Positions 19,896 through 30,366 are shown, counted from the stretch's first letter. The stretch: 64,000 bases of DNA from Candidatus Binatia bacterium (GCA_963664395.2 OY761159.2:4320001-4384000), one strand, 5' to 3'. Numbers and translations are program-made. The notes: generated by a model from the sequence alone, not told the origin.

Positions 19896-20520
19896 ATGAA
19901 ACTTCAAGAGTCGATCCCGCTCTCATCTGTTTACACACGAGAAGAGGATTTCTCGGAAGAACTTGCTGATATGCTTGCCGATAGGCTTGACGTACTCAAA
20001 GTCGGTAGATTTGGAGATGAGGTGAAGACGGAATCCCCGGTTGGTCTGCACAGGGCAGACATTGTCGCTTCCGGTGAGGATGGCACGCTCGTCGTCGAAA
20101 ACCAGTTCGGCGAGGCCAATTGGGATCATTGGGGCAGGCTTGAAGCCTACGCCCGATTGAAGGAAGCTAACGTGGCGGCACTGGTAGCCGAGCGCTTTAA
20201 GGACCTGATGATCGAAACGTGTATGTTGCGCAATGAAGAGAGCGCCATCGACTGGGGCACTCAATCTCAACAGTGCAGACTGTTATGTTCGATTAACATT
20301 CAATGGGGAGGACAGGATGCGACGGAGAGAAGAGATGCTGGCACTCTTCTCAGAGTCAGAGTTCTCTTACGAATGCACAGAATCACCCACAGAGGTCCAC
20401 ATGAAATTCCCCGTTCTTGATAAAGGCAAGAACGACCGGGACGATTGGGACGAAATCCGCGAGAAATTAGTCGACATGGGCACGCGTGTTTACAATCGGA
20501 TCGCGGAACACCATGAGTGA
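19896..20520 (+). pseudogene. DUF4268-like / endonuclease-fold gene, internally deleted and frameshifted
   Basis: N-part EEDFS..L...ADIVA...VVENQFG..NWDHWG; C-part (..DRDDWDEIREKLVDMG) lies in another frame after ~20260. Confidence 0.6.
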
Positions 20521-20854
20521 AAGCAAAACCAAGGGGCTCGTGTCCGATTACCAAGAGACAATCGCCAAGATCGGCAGCCACGGGCCGCGCCCGTACGGCC
20601 TCGGGCTGGCGCACGGCTCGATGTTTACTTTGGTCTATCGTCCACCCGACCCGGACGACCAGGAGCCCCACGACCAAGACGAACTGTATATCCCCATGAA
20701 CGGCAGCGGGACGCTCAGCGTCGATGGTGAACGCCTCCCGTTCAAGACCGGTGATATGCTCTTTGTCCCAGCCCACGCCGAGCACCGCTTTGAAGACTTC
20801 GCTGAGGGTCTGATGCTGTGGGCGATTTTTTATGGGCCAAAAGGCGGGGAGTAG
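20513..20854 (+). CDS. Cupin domain protein
   Basis: QEPHDQDELY, GDMLFVPAHAEHRFEDF, WAIFYGPKGGE. Confidence 0.88.
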   Translation: MSESKTKGLVSDYQETIAKIGSHGPRPYGLGLAHGSMFTLVYRPPDPDDQEPHDQDELYIPMNGSGTLSVDGERLPFKTGDMLFVPAHAEHRFEDFAEGLMLWAIFYGPKGGE

Positions 20855-20858
20855 AGAA

Positions 20859-20900
20859 ACCCACCCCGGCGCTATGCGCCACCCCTCCACGGAGGGGATT
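20859..20900. repeat. REP-like double hairpin element
   Basis: CCCACCCC-GGCGC-TAT-GCGCC-A-CCCCTCC-AC-GGAGGGG. Confidence 0.55.
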
Positions 20901-20902
20901 TT

Positions 20903-21118
20903 ATGCAATTGCGATCTAAGCCCATGCTTCTCTTGACTCTTTTTCTCTTCTTCTCCGCCTGTAACCTGACCAACTCAATTGAATCCACTCCACCAACCGA
21001 ATGCTCTAAAATCGGCGTACAGTGTCAACTGCCAAACGGTCCGCTCGGCGTGTGCCAATCAGCCCCATGTTCCGAAGGTCAGGCTCCGCCCTGTTTCGTC
21101 TGCACCTCGCAGCACTAA
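20903..21118 (+). CDS. Small Cys-rich lipoprotein
   Basis: Lipobox-like FFSAC followed by a 6-Cys domain. Confidence 0.65.
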   Translation: MQLRSKPMLLLTLFLFFSACNLTNSIESTPPTECSKIGVQCQLPNGPLGVCQSAPCSEGQAPPCFVCTSQH

Positions 21119-21191
21119 CCTCTCCTCGCTTGCATTAGCTAGTATTATCCGGTGTGATGAGCGCCGCTACAGCGTGAAGGGGTGAGAAGAG

Positions 21192-22544
21192 ATGAGTCGC
21201 TACGATTATGATTTCTTTGTTTTAGGTGCGGGTTCCGGTGGGGTGCGGGCGAGTCGGATTGCGGCCTCGTATGGGGCGAAGACCGCGGTTGTTGAAGAAC
21301 GCTATCTTGGCGGGACCTGCGTCAATGTCGGCTGTATTCCGAAGAAACTCCTGGTGTATGCCTCAGAGTTTCGTGATCATTTTGAGGATGCCGCCGGCTT
21401 TGGTTGGAGCGTTGGAGAGCGAACGGTTGATTGGGAAAAGCTGATTGAGAATAAAGACAAAGAAATCAACCGGCTGAACGGCATTTATCGTAATTTGCTT
21501 GAAGGTGCGGGTGCGGAAATAATTGAAGGGACAGCTCGTCTGGTTGATGCCCACACCATAGACGTGGGCGGCAAGCAGTACACCTCTGAGTATATTCTGG
21601 TTGCCACCGGAAGCTGGCCGGCATTTCCCCGGATTCCGGGTATTGAGAACGCCATTACCTCGAATGAAGCCTTTTATCTTGACGCGCTGCCCAAACGCGT
21701 AATTATTGTCGGCGGCGGCTATATTGCAGTCGAGTTTGCGACAATCTTTCATGGTCTTGGGTCAGAAGTGACCGAACTCTATCGGGGCGAGCTGTTTCTG
21801 CGCGGATTTGATACCGATGTCAGACAAGTTCTGGCTGACGAAATGCGCAAACGCGGTGTGGACTTACGCTTTAACTCAGACGTAAGTGGTATTGAAAAAA
21901 CACCGCACGGAATCAAGGCCACGCTGAACGACAAGAGCGAGCTTGAGGCCGATGTCATCATGTACGCCACCGGCCGTTTACCCAACTCAAAGGGGCTCGG
22001 TCTTGAAACAGCCGGCGTTGAGATAGACAAGATTGGCGCGGTGTGTGTGGACGCCTACTCGCGGACGAACATTCCCCATATCTATGCCGTCGGAGATGTT
22101 ACCAATCGGCTCAATCTTACGCCCATGGCGATTGCCGAAGGTCATGCCGTGGCTGAAACATTGTTCAATAACAACTCGACTCGACCGGACCACATGAATG
22201 TGGCAACGGCAGTTTTCAGTCATCCGAACATCGGTACGGTTGGTCTGACGGAAGAGGAGGCGCGTCAAGAATACGGCGCGATAGATATCTACAAGTCCTC
22301 GTTCCGGGCGTTAAAACATACCTTGAGTGGACGGGATGAGAAGACCTTCATGAAGATTATTGTTGAGCCGAAATCAGATCGGGTAATTGGCTGTCATATG
22401 ACCGGCCCGGAGGCGGGAGAGATTATTCAGGGTCTGGCCGTGGCCATAAAATGCAACGCCACCAAAGCACAGTTTGATGCCACTATCGGTATCCATCCGA
22501 CCTCAGCCGAAGAATTTGTCACGATGCGACAAAAGGCGGCCTGA
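21192..22544 (+). CDS. gor: Glutathione-disulfide reductase
   Basis: GAGSGG, GGTCVNVGCIPKK, GGGYIAVE, IHPTSAEEFVTM. Confidence 0.96.
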   Translation: MSRYDYDFFVLGAGSGGVRASRIAASYGAKTAVVEERYLGGTCVNVGCIPKKLLVYASEFRDHFEDAAGFGWSVGERTVDWEKLIENKDKEINRLNGIYRNLLEGAGAEIIEGTARLVDAHTIDVGGKQYTSEYILVATGSWPAFPRIPGIENAITSNEAFYLDALPKRVIIVGGGYIAVEFATIFHGLGSEVTELYRGELFLRGFDTDVRQVLADEMRKRGVDLRFNSDVSGIEKTPHGIKATLNDKSELEADVIMYATGRLPNSKGLGLETAGVEIDKIGAVCVDAYSRTNIPHIYAVGDVTNRLNLTPMAIAEGHAVAETLFNNNSTRPDHMNVATAVFSHPNIGTVGLTEEEARQEYGAIDIYKSSFRALKHTLSGRDEKTFMKIIVEPKSDRVIGCHMTGPEAGEIIQGLAVAIKCNATKAQFDATIGIHPTSAEEFVTMRQKAA

Positions 22545-22615
22545 ACCGAGAACCTCCGACCCCGGACCTCTTTCCATGAGAGGGCAGGTGAGCGGATCGG
22601 AATGGGGTGGGGTGC

Positions 22616-23308
22616 TCAGGGCCAAATAATGCGGATTTCCTCGACCAACAGACCAACTGAATTCTTGAGGTCAATGAAGTTCGGCACATCACCCTGAATC
22701 TGCTCGATTTGCATCTCGTCCGACTGCCAGCCTTTTTCAAACGCGGCCATGTCAGCCCAAGAAAGCTCAGCCACACCGTCGAAAGCGGGCGTCGCGGTGT
22801 CGTAGGTCTCGGGAGCGACGTGGCATTGGACGTAGCGCCTGAGCCCCGGCGTTCTGGGTACGATGGGGGCGTGGACGGTGCGCCAGTGCTCTTGAAACTC
22901 GGCAATGCTGAGCCCTGGTTTTCGTTTGAGCAGAAAGAGAGCCTTGACGCCCGGCGCGTCTTTGGCCAACTCGGGCCCCGGGACGACAATATTTTCCCGC
23001 GTCATCAAAAACGACGGACCCTCGTCAGCAATGAAATTCGGCTCATCCGCGTAGGCCCCATTAATATAATCGGGGTTGTCTCCAAGTCCCCGGCCTGTTT
23101 CCAGGTCTTCAAACCAGATCTCGGCCAGACCTTCGTATGGACTGGTCGGGACTCCGGGGATGTCGTCTGGCATGCGATGGCTCTGCACGTAGCGTCTCAG
23201 GGCTTTGATGCGGAGCGCCAGGGGAGCGTGAATATCGCGCCAGTGGCGATGAAACTGCTCGGGACTGATGTCCGGCTTCTTTGGTATCAGCGCAAATCCT
23301 TTGATCAT
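22616..23308 (-). CDS. Tandem EthD domain protein
   Basis: Two copies of F..HWR..HAP...LRRYVQ.H...(Y/F)(E/D)G.AE..W/F. Confidence 0.85.
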   Translation of the reverse strand: MIKGFALIPKKPDISPEQFHRHWRDIHAPLALRIKALRRYVQSHRMPDDIPGVPTSPYEGLAEIWFEDLETGRGLGDNPDYINGAYADEPNFIADEGPSFLMTRENIVVPGPELAKDAPGVKALFLLKRKPGLSIAEFQEHWRTVHAPIVPRTPGLRRYVQCHVAPETYDTATPAFDGVAELSWADMAAFEKGWQSDEMQIEQIQGDVPNFIDLKNSVGLLVEEIRIIWP

Positions 23309-23325
23309 TGGAATACTCCTGTAAG

Positions 23326-23715
23326 TTAATCTCCGGCTTTATACAGCGTTGGTTTCGGGGCTGCTCCCGAAGGCAGATCGTGCACGGGGACAAAGCGTGA
23401 GGCCTCGATAGCCTGAAATCCGCTCGGATTGCCTTTGTATTTCTCTACGGCAAACGCCACTTCTGTCATGCTGAGGGTCAGGTTGAAGAGGTTTTGCTCT
23501 TTGGTTGGCATCGTATCCAAAGAGAATTGGTCCAGATAATCCAGGGCTGCTTCAAGGCGGGGCCGAACCGTGGCGTAAAATGCGCGTAGCGTTTCGGGTG
23601 TACTGGTGCGCCGTTTTCTGGTGCGTTCTCGTTCGGTCGCCAAGCACCAGCCGGCTTGGGCCAGCGGTTCCAGGTCGGCAAATTCTTGTGGTAAGAGTGG
23701 TTCGGCCATTGTCAA
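23326..23715 (-). CDS. Conserved hypothetical protein coupled to Rieske oxygenase
   Basis: LP.EFADLEPL...WCLATERER...R; start overlaps the oxygenase stop. Confidence 0.7.
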   Translation of the reverse strand: MTMAEPLLPQEFADLEPLAQAGWCLATERERTRKRRTSTPETLRAFYATVRPRLEAALDYLDQFSLDTMPTKEQNLFNLTLSMTEVAFAVEKYKGNPSGFQAIEASRFVPVHDLPSGAAPKPTLYKAGD

Positions 23716-25034
23716 TTCTCATCGGGTCCTAATCGAAGCAGGGAGTCGCGGACGCCATCGCGTCTGGCGCGAATCTCCTGCTCGACTGCCCAGTAGGAGT
23801 GCCGGACAAAGAGTTCTTCGTCTTGTAGGTAGATATGCTCAATCGCCCCGGTCTCCAGGGCATCCTGGGTCTGTTCATGTGTGGCGCCGTCTTCGAGCAG
23901 GGCGTCCCGCAGGAGAATTTTATTGTATTCCTGCCCGAAGCGCTCGCTGGGGGTCGCGGCGCTCGGCATATGAATCTTGAGTTCCCACAGGGATTCGTTT
24001 TCCGAGACGGGCCAAAACTGATGCGTATGCCATACGCCGGGCAGAATAAGGATATTGAGATTCGGAAAAATGTGGACAATATCAAAGCCCCAGTCGTCCG
24101 CGTTGGTGACATTGATACCCTGACCGGTGGGCAGAACGAAATCGTTGTCTCTGGAGGTGATGGCGGCCGATTTGCCGAGTGCCAGACCCTCAACATCTTT
24201 GGGCTGAAAATACTTATTGCCCGGCCAATTGCCGACGCGGTGGCGGTCGTACAGGTCCAGTTCATAGGCATGACCGTAGGGGTTATCCGGGCGGGTAAAG
24301 ATATCCGGCCAGGAATGACTGTGCAGATAGCGCACGTGATAGATTTCAGACTGTGCGTCCTGCATCAGTTTCCAATTCGCACGTTGATAGGACTGATAAT
24401 GAAATTGGAGCGGGACGCGTTGAAACGGAAAGTCCTGCATGCGTTGGCCGGCTTCTCCCAGGTACTCCTCTAATGTTTCGGTTGGATGTGGGTCGAGATT
24501 GACGAAGATAAAGCCTTCCCACACGGCGGTATGCACTGGAATGAGGTTGGCTTGGCCCTCAAGATTCTCGTAAAAGCGTTCGCCGTCGGGCACGTTTGTG
24601 AGGGTGCCTGTGGCGTCATAGACCCAGCCATGAAACGTGCAGCTCAAATAGCACGAGCTTGAGCCTTTATGGTCCCAGACCAATTTGTTGCCCCGATGGC
24701 GGCAGACGTTGTAGAAACCCCGAATAATATTGTCTTTGCCCCGAATGAGGACAATGGAGGCCTTGGCAATAGCGATCTCATGCACGAAATAGTCGCCCGG
24801 GTTGGGAATGGCATCCACCGTTCCGACGTGCAGCCAACACTTTTTGTAAATATATTCGCGTTCAGCCTCAAACCACTGCTTGGAGACCAGAGGTTCGATG
24901 GAGACCGGCCCGGTGCCGAGTTTTGGATATTTCTCGTGCCAGCGGTGCACGCCGGCATCGAAGTCTTTCTTCAACGAGATATTGATACTCTCAGCCGGCT
25001 GGATAGGAAGTGCAGCATCCATGCGCGTACTCAT
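23712..25034 (-). CDS. Aromatic ring-hydroxylating Rieske oxygenase alpha subunit
   Basis: NVCRHRG...CTFHGW Rieske ligands; NWK....EIYHVRYLH mononuclear Fe motif; LLED. Confidence 0.92.
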   Translation of the reverse strand: MSTRMDAALPIQPAESINISLKKDFDAGVHRWHEKYPKLGTGPVSIEPLVSKQWFEAEREYIYKKCWLHVGTVDAIPNPGDYFVHEIAIAKASIVLIRGKDNIIRGFYNVCRHRGNKLVWDHKGSSSCYLSCTFHGWVYDATGTLTNVPDGERFYENLEGQANLIPVHTAVWEGFIFVNLDPHPTETLEEYLGEAGQRMQDFPFQRVPLQFHYQSYQRANWKLMQDAQSEIYHVRYLHSHSWPDIFTRPDNPYGHAYELDLYDRHRVGNWPGNKYFQPKDVEGLALGKSAAITSRDNDFVLPTGQGINVTNADDWGFDIVHIFPNLNILILPGVWHTHQFWPVSENESLWELKIHMPSAATPSERFGQEYNKILLRDALLEDGATHEQTQDALETGAIEHIYLQDEELFVRHSYWAVEQEIRARRDGVRDSLLRLGPDEN

Positions 25035-25112
25035 TCGACTCTCCTCATTTGCTGGGAACACGGCTTGAAAGATTAGCAGGTACCAAGACGGAATCAATCA
25101 GCAGGCGCGCAT

Positions 25113-26276
25113 TTATTCAAACAAGCTTTCAAACCAGGGCAGAATAATTGTTTCGTTAATAGAGTAGGTATAGGCGTGGCCCCACTCAGGCAGCTCCGTC
25201 AAGGTCACTTCTTTGAACCCGTTCTCCATTAGCGTGGCGTGTGCCAGGCGAGCTGCCATCACGGGGAAAATAAAGTCCCGGCCTCCGTGGATAATCAGAA
25301 AAGGCAAGGTTTTGGCCTTTTGCATATCAAGCCAGGGAGGCAGGACCCCGGCGACAGGAGCAATCGCTCCAAAGAGATTGGGACGACTGGCGCTTAGCGC
25401 ATACGCGAACGTGCCACCGTCTGACAAACCGGTGACAAGAATCCGGTCGGGGTCGATGGCATAGGTAGCTCGTACAGTTGCAAGCAGAGCGGTAATGGAC
25501 AAGACATCGCGCTCTGGTTTCTCAATGGCCCACGTTTGACGGTGCGATTTTGGGGCGAGGATAACATAGCCCTTGCTCTTTGCCGGTCGCAGCCAGGTGA
25601 GCAGATATTCGTCATTTGCTCCGCCGCCGCCGTGCAGGGCGATAATCAGAGGTAAGTGTTGTGCCGGGTCATAGTTCTCCGGCACATAGAGCGAATACGC
25701 CCCATGATTGCTTGACGGTGGATAATGGGAAATACCGACCTGATGCTTCATCCGGGCGACGCTTTCTTCCAACGCAGGCAGGTTGATGACCGTGTCCGGG
25801 AGAACCCAGTAGGGTTGGAGCGTCGGCGTATTCTGCCGGATGCTGTACAAAAGATAGCGCGCGCGGGTGAACGCTGAGCGGCTTTGCATAAATGCCCCGA
25901 TAAAACTGGACTGATCGCTCCGTACAAAAATACCATAGGTGGTATCCAGCAGGCCGACGGCCTTAACCCAGGTCTGATGAAAGTCTTGCCGTTCCGGCGG
26001 TGGTTTCAGCGTGCTCAATTCCGACCGGAGGTGAACAAACAGGTCTCCGATCGTCTGGCTGAGCTTGGCCTGGAGTTGAGTAAATTTTGCCGGGTGTAAC
26101 TGTTCCTGTAGATTTTCAAATACTCGGAGGAAACGGAGCAACTGTTCTTCCTGCCGCGCAATGACTGAGCGGTAATCATCTTCTACCGGCTCTGCGGCTA
26201 TGGGCAACGGAACGAATATGACGAAAGGGCAGACGAGCAGACAGCAGAGGAGGGCAGCCAGCCGAGTGTGAAGCAT
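25113..26276 (-). CDS. Exported alpha/beta hydrolase (phospholipase/carboxylesterase)
   Basis: ALHGGGG, GLSDGG nucleophile elbow, HGGRDFIFP, WGH; signal peptide. Confidence 0.85.
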   Translation of the reverse strand: MLHTRLAALLCCLLVCPFVIFVPLPIAAEPVEDDYRSVIARQEEQLLRFLRVFENLQEQLHPAKFTQLQAKLSQTIGDLFVHLRSELSTLKPPPERQDFHQTWVKAVGLLDTTYGIFVRSDQSSFIGAFMQSRSAFTRARYLLYSIRQNTPTLQPYWVLPDTVINLPALEESVARMKHQVGISHYPPSSNHGAYSLYVPENYDPAQHLPLIIALHGGGGANDEYLLTWLRPAKSKGYVILAPKSHRQTWAIEKPERDVLSITALLATVRATYAIDPDRILVTGLSDGGTFAYALSASRPNLFGAIAPVAGVLPPWLDMQKAKTLPFLIIHGGRDFIFPVMAARLAHATLMENGFKEVTLTELPEWGHAYTYSINETIILPWFESLFE

Positions 26277-26314
26277 ATTCAGCTCCAGGAGCCTGCGGGG
26301 AGGTAACGCGACTC

Positions 26315-26767
26315 CTAATGCTTGGCTTTTTTCTTCTTTTTATTTTTTCGTTTGGCCGGGGTAAGGAGCGAGACATAGCTTATGCCGTCTCTGTTATCGG
26401 CCGTGACCGGCAGGTTGGCGGCTTTCCAGCCGGCGTGGCCGGCTTCCATGAGGTGAACTTTTTCATAGCCCGCGGCGGTAAGTCGCTCGACCGCTTGCTT
26501 TGCCCGGGGGCCTTTCTCACAGCCGACAATCAGCGGGGTCTCTTTGGGACATACTTCGCCCATGACCAGATCAAAGCTTTCATTGTGAAAGACTTCATCC
26601 GTGGTTGGATGAAAGAAGACAATAGGGACGTTGATAACTTTCCCTGCTTGTCCTTTTGGATGGCCTTTGGCGAATTCAGCCACCGTTCGCACATCGACAT
26701 AGGTAACGGCCGCGTCCGTCTTCAGAGATTCGTTGGCTTGCTCTGGGGTGAGAGTCTCGACGCTCAT
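26315..26767 (-). CDS. Rhodanese-like domain protein
   Basis: YVDVRT..EFAKGHP, VGCEKGPR, GHAGW...LPV. Confidence 0.88.
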   Translation of the reverse strand: MSVETLTPEQANESLKTDAAVTYVDVRTVAEFAKGHPKGQAGKVINVPIVFFHPTTDEVFHNESFDLVMGEVCPKETPLIVGCEKGPRAKQAVERLTAAGYEKVHLMEAGHAGWKAANLPVTADNRDGISYVSLLTPAKRKNKKKKKAKH

Positions 26768-27173
26768 GAGTGGCCTCCTGAGGCGGATGGAAATTCCGGC
26801 GGATCAAACTCACGGACAAAAGGTGGAATAATCTGACACCGCTCCCGTCCAGCTGCTGGCGGCGTACGATTCATAGTGTAGAGAATCTCGCCATCGGTTT
26901 CTCCACCACGCGCTTCAACACTGACTTCTTCTGTATGATGGTGTGCGTATTTCCCTGTTGGTGCCAAAGCAAAAATGCAATCTAAGACTTTCCGGGCAGG
27001 TAAACGCCCGTGTTCCAGATGCACCAGGGTTTCTCGCTTTTTCATACCTTTTCCTTCCCTGCTAGTATGGTGTCTCGATACGTAAAATCTCTATTACATC
27101 CCGAGAGTTTCGCTTGACAGGCTAACGGCATCAGGCATAGCGTGCAACAGCAATAAGGAGGGCTCATATTCCT

Positions 27174-27805
27174 ATGGAGGAAACCAGACAAAAAGAACTC
27201 GTCAATGGTGAGGTATAGTACCAGCCCGGAGACGAAGTTCCGAATGTTCCGACCAAACTCTTTGCGCTCCAAAACCTGTGCACCGACTGTAAAATGTGTG
27301 AGGTGGCGTGCTCGTTGATCCACTCGCCGGAGGGTGAACTCAACCCGGTGTGGACGCGCATTAAAATCGACCACGCGCCCCAGGTCTCGCGCGTCTCAAC
27401 AGACGGCTTTGGTTTTATGCCGGCCCTCTGTCACCACTGCGCCAATCCCCCACCGTGTGCCGAGGTCTGCCCGACGGATGCGTTTTATTATGATCCCAAG
27501 ACCCAGGCGGCGGTGATTGACCAGGACAAATGCATTCAGTGCATGGAATGCGTTCCCGGTTGTCCGTTTGACACTGTTTTTGTTGCGCCGACTGGTGAGC
27601 TGCTCAAATGTGACCTGTGCGGTGGGGACCCGGCTTGCGTAAAAGCCTGCTCAACGCGGGCAAACAATACTCCCGACTGCCGGTTCTTTTTTATGAAGAC
27701 AAGGCGGCCTTCGGTCAAATTCTACGCCAAAAGCCCGAAGCGAGAGATGAAGTTGGGATCATGCAGGCCATGTTGTCAAAAGGAAAAGTGAGTAGTGCGG
27801 CGTAA
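27174..27805 (+). pseudogene. 4Fe-4S dicluster subunit of AOR, disrupted by in-frame TAG (27216) and a frameshift (~27677)
   Basis: CTDCKMCEVAC, CHHC..PPCAEVCP, CIQCMECVPGCP, KCDLC..DPACVKAC; TAG at codon 15; C-terminus continues in another frame. Confidence 0.7.
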
Positions 27806-27868
27806 GCCGAAGGGTGTTGTCGCAATTGGAGTGGAACACAGCGGACGGAAGACAAAGGAGTCAACAGC

Positions 27869-29899
27869 ATGGAAAGTGGCTTATTACGAGTTGATCTAAC
27901 AACAGGGGAAATTAAACGCGAAATACTCCCGCATTCCATGTTTGAACGCTGGGTTGGCGGCTCGGGGATTAACGATTGGCTTTTGTGGGAGCATTTTCTG
28001 AAGCATGACATCATGTGCGATGCGCGCAGCCCGGAAAATGTCCTTATCTTTGGTGTGGGTCCACTGGCCGGTGTCGGGTCGGGTATTGGGGTGAAAGGCC
28101 GGCTGACGTTCAAAAGCCCATGTTATGGGTCTTTCGGTGATTCGACCGGTGGCGGTAAATTTCCTTACGTCGTGCGCTTTAGTGGCTACGACTATATTGT
28201 TGTCACCGGCAAAGCGCCCCGACCGGTGTATATTCATATTTGCAATGGAGAAGTGACCATCTGCGACGCGACGCATTTGTGGGGAAAAGATAGCTCCGAA
28301 ACCCATGAAACCCTGAAAAAGGAATTAGGCGATTATCCGTCAGAAGCCTATACGCTCTCGATTGGTCAGGCGGGTGAAAACCAGGTTGGCATTGCTGGCG
28401 TGATTGCTGACGGCTGGCGCATTCATGCGCGCTGTGGTGGTGGCGGAGTCATGGGCTCCAAGAATCTCAAGGCCATTGTGACCCAAGGTACTCAGGGCAT
28501 TAAAATTAATGACCCATCCAGTCTGCTCGAATGGTCGGATGGATTTCGCCAAACGCTCGACGCCAACGAAGCCGCCTATGGCTTTAAGCGCCGTGGCACC
28601 CTGGGTGCTGTCGAGATGTACCAAAAGATCGGCGGCAATTTTTGGCGTAATAACCAAGGAGCGATGTTTCGTGGTGAGGAAGTACGCTCCGACAACTGGG
28701 TCAAGAAATATCATAAGTACTCGGAAGTCTGCTCCTCGGACTGTTATATTGCCTGCGATGGCCGTTATAAGATCGAAGGGCACGAATCCGACGCAGCTCA
28801 AAAGTATGTCGGCGAGTCTTTTCGCCACCCGGAATATCTGACGACGGGGAGTAGCGCAGGCGCCCTGGATGTCCGGGATTGGGCCGAGGTCGCCCACTGG
28901 GGCAAGATCACCAACGACTACGGCATCGACAATCAAGATTTGTCCTGCTCGATTAGTTTCCTCATGGAGCTCAAACAGCGTGAGATCATTTCCGATCGTG
29001 ACGTGGAAGAACTCTTTGGCAGACCCCAAAGTCTGGAATGGGGCAAGATGGAAGACATCGAAGCCTTGGTTGAAGATGTCGTCTATCAGAAAAATCCTTT
29101 TGGCTGGCTGTTCCGGGATGGGGCCTATCATGGCGCCCTGCGCTACTCGGAACAACAAGGCCAGAATTTCATGAAGTATGCCATATATGGCAAAGGCGGT
29201 GCGAGTTTCACCGAAGAGATGCGGCCTTTTCCCACCTGGATGAACAATATGGCCGTGGCTTCGCGCGGTGCCGACCACCTCAAAGGCATTGGCCTGATCG
29301 AGAAATTCCAGCGCAGAGACTTGTCGAAGGCCTATTTCAACGGCAGGACCGAAGCCGGAGATCCGACGATTCCGGATCTCAAGGGCGCGAGTACAGCCCT
29401 CATTGAGAATCAGGTTGCCCTCATTAATTCGTACGGTGTGTGCATGTTCCACTGGATGCTTGATCCCCTCGGATATGCACCTGAGAGTTATTACGGCGAG
29501 GTGTACACGGCAGTGACCGGTATTGATCGGACCAAAGAAGAGCGAATGCTTGACGGGGAGCGCATCTGCAATCTCGAAAAGGCCTTCAACTCCCGCCTCG
29601 GCATGCGGCGTGAGCACGATACGATCTGCGAGCGCTGGATGCATGAACCGTGTCCAGAAGGGCCCAACAAAGGCCGTGTGGCCGGCGACATGTTTGAGCA
29701 GGTGCTTGAGGAATATTATGAGTGGCGTGGTTGGGACAAGGAAACCGGACTCCAAACGCGTCAAAAGATGGAGGAATTGGGGTTGGAAGAGGTGGCCGAT
29801 GTGTTGGCCGCGGATAACGCCATGGCTGGGGAAAGTCGCGCTAGTCGTGCCGTTCACGTGGATGTGAAGGTAGCGGATGGTCCGGGCATTCCAGACTGA
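27869..29899 (+). CDS. aor: Tungsten-containing aldehyde:ferredoxin oxidoreductase family protein
   Basis: LRVDLTTG, FKSP, IGQAGEN, ARCGGGGVMGSKNLKAI, RGADH, YYEWRGWD.TG. Confidence 0.92.
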   Translation: MESGLLRVDLTTGEIKREILPHSMFERWVGGSGINDWLLWEHFLKHDIMCDARSPENVLIFGVGPLAGVGSGIGVKGRLTFKSPCYGSFGDSTGGGKFPYVVRFSGYDYIVVTGKAPRPVYIHICNGEVTICDATHLWGKDSSETHETLKKELGDYPSEAYTLSIGQAGENQVGIAGVIADGWRIHARCGGGGVMGSKNLKAIVTQGTQGIKINDPSSLLEWSDGFRQTLDANEAAYGFKRRGTLGAVEMYQKIGGNFWRNNQGAMFRGEEVRSDNWVKKYHKYSEVCSSDCYIACDGRYKIEGHESDAAQKYVGESFRHPEYLTTGSSAGALDVRDWAEVAHWGKITNDYGIDNQDLSCSISFLMELKQREIISDRDVEELFGRPQSLEWGKMEDIEALVEDVVYQKNPFGWLFRDGAYHGALRYSEQQGQNFMKYAIYGKGGASFTEEMRPFPTWMNNMAVASRGADHLKGIGLIEKFQRRDLSKAYFNGRTEAGDPTIPDLKGASTALIENQVALINSYGVCMFHWMLDPLGYAPESYYGEVYTAVTGIDRTKEERMLDGERICNLEKAFNSRLGMRREHDTICERWMHEPCPEGPNKGRVAGDMFEQVLEEYYEWRGWDKETGLQTRQKMEELGLEEVADVLAADNAMAGESRASRAVHVDVKVADGPGIPD

Positions 29900-29976
29900 T
29901 TATAGAGAGACGGGGAAATTTCATTGGCTTTATTTTCTTGTGGTGCTGCTGGGCTACGCTGAATAATGAGGACTAC

Positions 29977-30366
29977 ATGAAGAGAGTCGTATTGTTATTA
30001 CTTTCTGTTTTTGCAGTGCCGAACATTTTACTCGCTGCCTGCCCCTACGATCCAGATTGCCTGAGTAACCCATACGGTGCGGGTAGTCCTTATAAGCCGG
30101 ACGGACTGATGAATCCATATAGTCAGTATGGGAGTCCCTACAGTAATAAGTCTTGGACAAATCCGTATGCAACGGACGCCCCTAAAATATACGATGAACA
30201 AGGTAATTATCATGGAAAATTGAGTGCCAACCCGTATGACCCTGATTCCACTTCTAATCCATATGGAAGGTATGGTAACCCTTATTCGTCCGAGAGTCTC
30301 AACAATTCATATGGAGCGGGGAACCCATATTCAAGTAAAAAGCTCTATGTTGTTCCATCCCAATAG
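29977..30366 (+). CDS. Secreted protein with NPY(G/S) repeats
   Basis: Signal peptide; repeated NPYG/SPY/NPYS; visibly AT-richer than neighbours. Confidence 0.75.
   Translation: MKRVVLLLLSVFAVPNILLAACPYDPDCLSNPYGAGSPYKPDGLMNPYSQYGSPYSNKSWTNPYATDAPKIYDEQGNYHGKLSANPYDPDSTSNPYGRYGNPYSSESLNNSYGAGNPYSSKKLYVVPSQ

Noticed and set aside
27216-27218. Pyrrolysine recoding
   Set aside because: No pyl genes in the window, the position is non-catalytic, and the same gene has a second lesion
28340-29857. 505-aa minus-strand ORF
   Set aside because: Antisense shadow of aor with no recognisable motifs
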